Below, piece after piece: positions 37,570 to 44,251 of a stretch of 44,251 nucleotides of DNA. The translations under genes were made by a program, and so were the position numbers. The notes under the pieces are model-generated. The model ran no database searches and was not told the origin of the DNA. It worked only from the letters and a program-made list of their open reading frames with translations. Position 1 is the stretch's first letter. Each line of letters opens with the position of its first letter. This stretch comes from Nitrosotalea sp. (lineage in GTDB: Archaea; Thermoproteota; Nitrososphaeria; Nitrososphaerales; Nitrosopumilaceae): positions 1 to 44,251 of the forward strand of contig JBOGRA010000001.1 of NCBI GenBank assembly GCA_050749325.1, read 5' to 3'.

Positions 37570-38801
37570 TTTAGGTGAATCTTTTGTTTTACTTCGGTAG
37601 TAATCAACACATTTGCCTCTCTAAAGGTAATGCCTAACGATTCCGAAACTGACTTTATATTGTCTGCTTCTACTTTGAAGTGTTTTGTTACACTATCATC
37701 ATTTTTCACTACCTTGCATTGCACTGTAAAGTTTCTTCCCAAAATTGTAATTGGAACTGAGACGATAATTCTTGGAACGATGTGACGATTTGAGGTCATG
37801 ATTCTAACTCCTAGCGTGCCAGTTTCGGAGGTAATGGTACTAATCATATCGTTTAGATTTGAGGAATCGCATATGACCGAAACGAGATGAGTTGGTCTAC
37901 TTTTTTTTGTAATAGCTGGTGCGACGGTAACATCTTTTGCCCCCATGTCAATTAATTTGTCAATCATTTGTCCTATTACTTCTCCTGAAACATCGTCAAT
38001 GTTTGTTTCAATAACTTGAACCACATCCTGTTCAAATTGATATGTCAATTCTCCCCTGACAATTTTTAAGACATTTGAAAATCCCTCAAAATTCTTGCTG
38101 CCTGCACCATATCCAATTGATTTAATCTTCATGGATGGATAAAATTCAGAACATTGACTTGCAAGGTTTACCAGTAAACTTGCGCCGGTAGGAGTAGTAA
38201 GCTCTTCTCTTGCACCGCCTCCAGTCATTATTATGTCAGAACCGCGAAATATCTCTAGGATTGCACTTGCAGGATTTGACGTAATGCCATGTGAGAAGCT
38301 CAGAGTTCCACCTCCAACAGCAACTGGGGTAGAAATGATCTCGTCAGAAAAAAATTCTAAATCATCAAGAGCTATTGCAGAACCAATAATATCAATAACA
38401 GTATCTATGCTAGATGCTTCATGAAAATGAACTGATTCTAGTGGTTCCCCATGGATCTTGGACTCTGCTCTGATTAAAGACTTGATGCTTTCCTTTGCAA
38501 AGACTTTGGCTCTGTCTGACAGTTCTATTTTATCAGATGTTTGTAATATGCAGTCTTGAATCTCAATCCCCTTTCTTTCATGAGGTTCTTCCTTTATGTC
38601 TAAAACCAATCTAGTCGCTTCAATTCCATGTTTTGTTGTCTTTTCAAAATTGATATTCTGAATCTTCGAACCTGAAAGATAACTTTCAGATGTGCACACT
38701 CCTTCAATTATTTTGGATTTATTAGCGCCTATGTTTACAAGAGCAGAAAGTAACATGTCTCCCGAAATACCTGCCACTTGGGCATCAATTACAAGAGCCA
38801 T
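37566..38801 (-). CDS. larC: Nickel insertase LarC (single ORF)
   Basis: GISGDMLL, AESKIHG...VHFHE, ELTTPTGA, GYGAG, ETNIDD, KKSRP, ETGTLGVR. Confidence 0.94.
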   Translation of the reverse strand: MALVIDAQVAGISGDMLLSALVNIGANKSKIIEGVCTSESYLSGSKIQNINFEKTTKHGIEATRLVLDIKEEPHERKGIEIQDCILQTSDKIELSDRAKVFAKESIKSLIRAESKIHGEPLESVHFHEASSIDTVIDIIGSAIALDDLEFFSDEIISTPVAVGGGTLSFSHGITSNPASAILEIFRGSDIIMTGGGAREELTTPTGASLLVNLASQCSEFYPSMKIKSIGYGAGSKNFEGFSNVLKIVRGELTYQFEQDVVQVIETNIDDVSGEVIGQMIDKLIDMGAKDVTVAPAITKKSRPTHLVSVICDSSNLNDMISTITSETGTLGVRIMTSNRHIVPRIIVSVPITILGRNFTVQCKVVKNDDSVTKHFKVEADNIKSVSESLGITFREANVLITTEVKQKIHLK

Positions 38802-38928
38802 GATTCTGTAAGCAGATCTGAATGCATATAAATTGTAATTCTATGTCAAAATTAGAACCTGTCCTTGACACTGATTTTACTTGCAATAATAGTGAAGTTT
38901 AATTAGCGAATTAAATTGACGCCTGATT

Positions 38929-39843
38929 ATGATTACAATTGTTGGCTCAGGTAAAGTTGGAGGAACAGCTGCACTTTTTACTGCATTAAGAAAAGTAACA
39001 GATGAAATTCTTTTACTAGATGTTGTACAGGGGCTTCCACAGGGAGAAGCAATGGATCTTAATCATATGTTATCGGAAAAGGGAATAGATGTAAACATCC
39101 GAGGCTCAAATGATTATTCTGAAATGAAAGGATCAGACATTGTGGTTGTTGTAGCTGGATCAGGACGAAAACCAGGTATGACAAGAATGGATCTATTGAA
39201 AATTAACGCATCAATTGTAAAAGGAGTAGTAGAAAACATAAAGAAATTTGCAAAAGATGCAATGATAATTCCTGTGACTAATCCCTTAGATCCTATGGCA
39301 TATATCACATACAAAGTTTCAGGGTTTCAAAAAAACCGAATATTTGGTATGGGTAACATGCTTGATCTATCTAGATTCATACAATTCATTCACGAGTCAA
39401 CAAGTTATTCTCGTAATTCAATTCGTGCCTTGGTAATAGGGGAGCACGGGGAAAATATGCTGCCTCTTCCAAGATATTCTACAGTATCCGGTATTCCTCT
39501 GACTTCTGTGTTGACAAAACAAAAAACTGATGAAATTATACAAAGTACAAGACAAGTTGCAGCCAAAGTGATTGAACTCAAAGGGGCAACAGTTCATGCA
39601 CCAGGAAATGCAATCTCTGCCATTATTGAGGCTGTAATGAGAGACACAAGGCAAGTTATACCAGTATCTACGTATCTTGATGGTGAGTATGGGTATTCGG
39701 ATGTTTCAATTGGGGTGCCAGCAGTATTAGGCAAGAATGGAGTTGAAAAAATCATAGAATTAGATCTGGATTCAAATGAAAAAGAATGGTTCAAGAAAGG
39801 TGTAGAAAGCGTCAAGACTGCCATTTCTGGTCTTGAACTCTGA
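38929..39843 (+). CDS. mdh: Malate dehydrogenase (LDH-like)
   Basis: GSGKVG, specificity loop with Arg ([11 protein letters not shown]), NPLD, LDLSR, GEHG. Confidence 0.93.
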   Translation: MITIVGSGKVGGTAALFTALRKVTDEILLLDVVQGLPQGEAMDLNHMLSEKGIDVNIRGSNDYSEMKGSDIVVVVAGSGRKPGMTRMDLLKINASIVKGVVENIKKFAKDAMIIPVTNPLDPMAYITYKVSGFQKNRIFGMGNMLDLSRFIQFIHESTSYSRNSIRALVIGEHGENMLPLPRYSTVSGIPLTSVLTKQKTDEIIQSTRQVAAKVIELKGATVHAPGNAISAIIEAVMRDTRQVIPVSTYLDGEYGYSDVSIGVPAVLGKNGVEKIIELDLDSNEKEWFKKGVESVKTAISGLEL

Positions 39844-39858
39844 TTAAATTTTTTAACT

Positions 39859-39871
39859 CGTAACAGTTACG
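39859..39871. promoter_or_regulatory. Palindrome CGTAAC-A-GTTACG upstream of larB
   Basis: Perfect 6-bp inverted repeat between a TTTTTTAA tract and the larB start. Confidence 0.4.
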
Positions 39872-39875
39872 GATA

Positions 39876-40658
39876 TTGTTGGAGCTCATAGAAATACTGA
39901 GATCACTTGAATTGGGGAAGATTAATGTAGCCAAGGCTAAAAAATTGCTTTCTCTTTATTCTATAGAAAAAATAGAAGATTTTGCTAAATTTGATGTAGG
40001 AAGAAAAATTAGGAGAGGAGTTCCAGAGGTAATATTTGCTGAAAAAAAACAACTGCCAGATTTAAAAAAAATCATTCTGGCGGCAATGTCTAGATCAGAC
40101 TGTGTTCTGGCCTCAAGGATTAACAAAGTTTATTACAAAAATGTCACTTCTTTTTCTAGGAAACACAAACTCAAGATCAGGACAGGAAGAAACACCACAT
40201 CAATTTTGTTCTTTAAGAAGATGTCATCTTCAGGTGGTAAAGTAGGAATATTGACTGCTGGCACATCTGATATTGGTGTTGCGGAAGAAGCTAGGTTAAT
40301 GTGCGAGGCAATGGGCTGTACATGCATCACCAGTTACGATGTAGGCATAGCGGGATTACATAGGATCTTTCCAATAATTAAGAAAATGATCCATGGAGAG
40401 GTAGAGGTAATCATTGTAGTGGCAGGAATGGAGGGGGCGCTTGCATCTGTTGTTTCATCTTTAGTGGATATTCCGGTGATTGGGGTTCCTTCATCGGTAG
40501 GATATGGATATGGCGAGAAAGGTGTTGCCGCACTCGCTTCGATGTTGCAGAGTTGTACCATGGGACTCTCAGTTGTAAATATAGATAATGGAATAGGTGC
40601 TGGAGCTTTTGCAGCAAATGTAGCAAACAGAGTTGCTATGAATAGGACTAGGCCTTAA
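39876..40658 (+). CDS. larB: NPN biosynthesis carboxylase/hydrolase LarB
   Basis: D..R..R.GVPEVIF..K, TAGTSD, DVGIAGLHR, AGMEGAL, PSSVGYG, LQSC, VVNIDNG. Confidence 0.94.
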   Translation: MLELIEILRSLELGKINVAKAKKLLSLYSIEKIEDFAKFDVGRKIRRGVPEVIFAEKKQLPDLKKIILAAMSRSDCVLASRINKVYYKNVTSFSRKHKLKIRTGRNTTSILFFKKMSSSGGKVGILTAGTSDIGVAEEARLMCEAMGCTCITSYDVGIAGLHRIFPIIKKMIHGEVEVIIVVAGMEGALASVVSSLVDIPVIGVPSSVGYGYGEKGVAALASMLQSCTMGLSVVNIDNGIGAGAFAANVANRVAMNRTRP

Positions 40659-41367
40659 TTATTCCGATATGACCTAATTCTGAACCAATACCGTATCCTA
40701 TTAACGCTATTCCAGTGCCAAGGCCCGCCATTTCTAATCCGCCCCATACTATGTTTAACCCAGCCATCTTGGATTTGATTGCTCCAATGACAAATGATGC
40801 AGATAGACTAGTACCTACAGCAATTAGCAATGGCACATATCCACTTGCAAAGAAATATGGAATAATTGGTAAAATTCCACCAACTAAAAATGCGCCAAAC
40901 ATACGGAAAGCGCTCTTCAGTGGACTTCCTACTATTTCTAGATTTAATTTTAGTTCTTCTGTGAGCATTGTATCTAACCACACTTTTTTATCAGAAGTAA
41001 TTTTGTTGACTATGTTTTCAAGTTCAGTTCCGGTAAATCCTTTTGCTTTGTAGATGTTCTCTATCTCACTTTTTTCAGCATCTGGAACATTTTCTATCTC
41101 CCATTTTTCTCGCTTAATTTCAGATTGTAAGATTTGTCTTTGCGATCTAACTGCAAGATAATTCTGAACTGCCATTGCTTTTGCACCGGTAAACATTGCT
41201 ACTATTGCAGCTAAGATGATTATGCTAGAGGTTTGGTCCGCTCCGCCAACGCCAGCCACTAACCCTAATGACGTGTTTATTCCATCTCCGAAGCCAAATA
41301 CGAAATCTCTTATCGAGCTAGTCTCTTTTTGATGCCTTTCAATATGTCTTGGTTCTGATATGCCCAC
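40648..41367 (-). CDS. VIT1/CCC1 family metal transporter
   Basis: RDFVFGFGDG, Glu-rich cytosolic domain (EIKREKWEI...EKSEI...MLTEEL), multiple TM helices, GGILPIIPY. Confidence 0.9.
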   Translation of the reverse strand: MGISEPRHIERHQKETSSIRDFVFGFGDGINTSLGLVAGVGGADQTSSIIILAAIVAMFTGAKAMAVQNYLAVRSQRQILQSEIKREKWEIENVPDAEKSEIENIYKAKGFTGTELENIVNKITSDKKVWLDTMLTEELKLNLEIVGSPLKSAFRMFGAFLVGGILPIIPYFFASGYVPLLIAVGTSLSASFVIGAIKSKMAGLNIVWGGLEMAGLGTGIALIGYGIGSELGHIGIIKA

Positions 41368-41470
41368 AGTGTAGATTATACAATACCCGTTTATATGTCA
41401 AAAGAGAAATTTTTCAAAATAGGGTAATAAGGTAAACGATTTATATCGTAGTAAAAAAGATTAATGAGGA

Positions 41471-43036
41471 ATGGCAGGCAAGAGGATAGTTCTTACCGCA
41501 GATCGTAGTTTGATGACTAATTATCGCGGTAATTTTCTCTATGGTTTCATTGCATGTGGACCTTATGAGGTTGTCCCAGAATGGGTTTTTGATAAAGTGT
41601 TTTGTCCTCCTGTAGAAACCAATGTGGTAACTGGTGAAGCAAAAGTTGCTCAGGTTGGATTGCGCAGGGTGGAAGCTGCATTATTACAAGGTTACAAACG
41701 TGATGAGATATTTATTGCAAATCCAGATTATCTTGAAAAATGTATAGGTCCAGATACTAAAGTTGTAGGGATAAATGTAATGGACCCACTTGGAATGGCA
41801 CCTGTTACTACTACCATGTCTCCTGAAAAACTATCGTATGTTGCAATGAAATTTAAAAGAATGTGTGCGAAGATTATTCAGCTCAAGAAAAAATATAATT
41901 TTCATGTAGCAGTTGGTGGAAATGGAGCTTGGGAGCTTGCAAAAACTGAAAGGATGAAAATTCACGGTCTTGATACCGTAGTCGTAGGAGAAGCTGATGA
42001 ACTTGCGTTAGATCTATTTCATGATCTCGAAAAGGGTGATGCTCCAGAATTGATGCATTGCTTTGTAAAAAATATTCAAAATATTCCAATGATTCAAGGT
42101 CCTACTGTTAACTCGCTTATTGAAGCCATGCGGGGATGTGGAAGAGGTTGCGACTTTTGCGATGTAAACAAAAGATCAAAGAAGGATCTACCGCTTGAAA
42201 GGCTGCAACAAGAAGCAAAAATAAATCTAGACTATGGATTTGATTCAATTTGGTTGCATTCTGATGAGATGCTGCTTTATGGTTGCGACAATCGGGAGTT
42301 TAGACCAAACTATGACGCAATAACTGAATTATGGAAGGGACTCAAATCTCTAGGGGCTAGATTCGTAGGAACTACTCATATGACATTTTCTGCGGTATGT
42401 GCAGATCCCAAACTATTTCATGATATTTCAGAAATTAATGGCATGAGTAATGAAAAGTGGTTGGCAACAAATCTTGGTATTGAAACAGTAGCACCAAGAA
42501 TGGTGAAGAAGCATCTTGGAGTCAAGACAAAACCATTTTCTGTAGATGAATGGGGATGGGTTGTCAGAGAGGGAGCAAAGATAATGAACCAGAACCATTG
42601 GTTCCCGGCAGCAACTTTGATTATTGGATGGCCAGATGAAACACCAGACGAAACACAGTATACCATCGATTTAATTGAAGACTTTAAACACTCAAACATG
42701 AGAGGTATTGTTGCACCGTTACTTTATCAAGACTTTAACGAAAAGAATTCGATGCACTTTGGCAATCTCAATGAAGCGCAATTTACATTATTCTGGAAAT
42801 GCTGGGAACACAATTTGAGAGTAATTAATGATATTATTCCTATAATTCTTAGAAACAAGACATATGGCACTTTGATGAAGCCTGTGATGTACAGTATGAT
42901 TAAAGCTGGAACTTGGGCAATAATGCGTTACTTGCGAGGTTTATGCAAGGAATTGTTTAATGGCCAGCTTCCTGAGGATATCATGGAAAAGTATGCCCGA
43001 AGCAGGTCAGTCAATGCTCCTGCTTACACTAAGTAG
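41471..43036 (+). CDS. Uncharacterised radical SAM protein with probable B12-binding-like N-terminal domain
   Basis: EAMRGCGRGCDFC (CxxxCxxC), VGG.G...VVVGEAD, GIET, IIGWPDET; TATA TTTATAT at about 41440. Confidence 0.85.
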   Translation: MAGKRIVLTADRSLMTNYRGNFLYGFIACGPYEVVPEWVFDKVFCPPVETNVVTGEAKVAQVGLRRVEAALLQGYKRDEIFIANPDYLEKCIGPDTKVVGINVMDPLGMAPVTTTMSPEKLSYVAMKFKRMCAKIIQLKKKYNFHVAVGGNGAWELAKTERMKIHGLDTVVVGEADELALDLFHDLEKGDAPELMHCFVKNIQNIPMIQGPTVNSLIEAMRGCGRGCDFCDVNKRSKKDLPLERLQQEAKINLDYGFDSIWLHSDEMLLYGCDNREFRPNYDAITELWKGLKSLGARFVGTTHMTFSAVCADPKLFHDISEINGMSNEKWLATNLGIETVAPRMVKKHLGVKTKPFSVDEWGWVVREGAKIMNQNHWFPAATLIIGWPDETPDETQYTIDLIEDFKHSNMRGIVAPLLYQDFNEKNSMHFGNLNEAQFTLFWKCWEHNLRVINDIIPIILRNKTYGTLMKPVMYSMIKAGTWAIMRYLRGLCKELFNGQLPEDIMEKYARSRSVNAPAYTK

Positions 43037-43379
43037 ATTTATCCAATTCCTTAATTGCCGCATCTGCAATTGTGTTTCTTTTTGGAGTTAGAACGACAAA
43101 ATAGCTTTTATCTGCTCGTTCTGCTACATTGACTGATCTGTATTTTTTTAGATTCATGTCAAATTCCAACATCTTTCCTTCAATCTTGCCTTTTGTATAT
43201 ATTATAAGGTAGGAGTTGCCAGTTGAAGGGCTTAGGGGAATAATTGAAAAGATATATCCTTTGTAGGAGCTTATAGGCAGCATGTTTTTCATTGGTGGTG
43301 CCATGGTTGCCATGTATACAAATATGTCTTCTGGAGAATCAAATTCTTCGAACTCAAAATCCATCGTTCCATATTTCAT
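43029..43379 (-). CDS. Hypothetical protein
   Basis: 116-aa ORF with protein-like composition that fills the gap; the start may be ATG 43364. Confidence 0.75.
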   Translation of the reverse strand: MKYGTMDFEFEEFDSPEDIFVYMATMAPPMKNMLPISSYKGYIFSIIPLSPSTGNSYLIIYTKGKIEGKMLEFDMNLKKYRSVNVAERADKSYFVVLTPKRNTIADAAIKELDKST

Positions 43380-43510
43380 TCGGTGGTATAATAATCTAAG
43401 TGCCTTATCAGTACGCGATAAACAAATTCACTGTGTCAGCACACGACAAAAATAAAACTGGAAAATAAGAATTTTGAAGAATATGGTTTGTATCTCAAGT
43501 CCAAAAACAT

Positions 43511-44251
43511 CTAGTATTTTGGCATAAATCTTAGTCCAGTCTTTGCAGATACTGCAATTATTGATATGATTGCAATTGCAAGTACTAGAGCTGCGATCGG
43601 GCCAAACTCTGGAACTGCAACTGTGCCGATGACATCTATTGTTGTATCTCCCTTGTGGAAGGATATGCCTAGTGTTCTACTGTTTGTGTTTTTCACTTCT
43701 GTAAACTGTACATTTTGTCCACCGTCTTGCACGACAAATGACTCATCTGGCATTTCTGCTGGATTGACTTGCGTGGTTGATGTCGTATTTGGTCCTGCGG
43801 CTACGGGTGGCAGTGCTTTGGCATCTATGAGTGCTCTTGGGAGACTTACAGACAACGAGCCATCTGATGGTGCGTTAATGGTAACTACAAGTGTACTCTG
43901 CTGTCCGAGTATCTGCATGTTTTGTATAGTTCCGCCCTGTATTGTATATGGTATGTTGAATGTTCCGGAGCTAGTCTGTAACGAATAAGTGCCATTTGTT
44001 ACCACGTTTAGCTTCGATGTTCCATCACCACCGCTATATGCGAAGCTAGTAGTGGCATTTGTGGACGGACCATATTGTGCAGTTACTGTATAAGTGCCTG
44101 CCTGTGTCCATAATGGGCCAGTGGCGAGAACTTTGGTAGAAAAACTACCGTCTGAGCCGGGAACAAACTGTGCTATTGAAACCATGTTTTCTAATGAATT
44201 GGTAATTCTTACAGTCACAGCAGTCTGATTTGATACGTTTTTGACTGCTCC
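43511..44251 (-). CDS. PEFG-CTERM sorting-domain surface protein (5' end outside the window)
   Basis: VPEFG + TM helix + basic tail; the frame stays open to the window end (GAVKNVSNQTAVTVRI...). Confidence 0.9.
   Translation of the reverse strand, partial: GAVKNVSNQTAVTVRITNSLENMVSIAQFVPGSDGSFSTKVLATGPLWTQAGTYTVTAQYGPSTNATTSFAYSGGDGTSKLNVVTNGTYSLQTSSGTFNIPYTIQGGTIQNMQILGQQSTLVVTINAPSDGSLSVSLPRALIDAKALPPVAAGPNTTSTTQVNPAEMPDESFVVQDGGQNVQFTEVKNTNSRTLGISFHKGDTTIDVIGTVAVPEFGPIAALVLAIAIISIIAVSAKTGLRFMPKY

Noticed and set aside
38929..39843. Lactate dehydrogenase, expected next to lar genes
   Set aside because: The specificity residue is Arg (RKPGMTR), diagnostic of malate dehydrogenase, not the Gln of LDH
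398..43988. Many 60-170 aa antisense or nested ORFs (e.g. 16147-16653, 24794-25204, 43566-43988)
   Set aside because: They are shadows of well-supported genes and have no recognisable motifs

Overview
Compact, AT-rich archaeal chromosomal segment. The PEFG-CTERM protein, S-layer-like protein, type 1 IDI and gene order point to an ammonia-oxidising archaeon (Nitrososphaerota/Thaumarchaeota, probably Nitrosopumilales); the genus cannot be fixed from sequence alone. The window holds about 47 CDS and 3 intron-less tRNAs (Arg-UCU, His-GUG, Leu-GAG). Main blocks: a tRNA-modification/RNA-metabolism cluster (beta-CASP nuclease, tgtA, AK6, ychF, kae1, bud32, rdgB, taw1); the rpoN-eno-rps2-memo-mvk-ipk-idi-idsA-gltX superoperon; nnrE-glyoxalase-cobT; glmS; rps13-rps4; an AAA+/VWA/wHTH operon; a large S-layer-like protein; and a nickel-pincer nucleotide (NPN) biosynthesis locus. 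The NPN locus has larC-larE-iscS divergent from mdh-larB, is flanked by a VIT1 transporter and an uncharacterised radical SAM gene, and has no larA in the window. It is the best candidate for an undescribed system. I also found an unlisted 44-aa membrane ORF, a probable pseudogene next to the tRNA-Arg 3' end, and several promoter palindromes. No CRISPR array, transposase or integrase was seen. All functional calls come from motif recognition; no searches were run.
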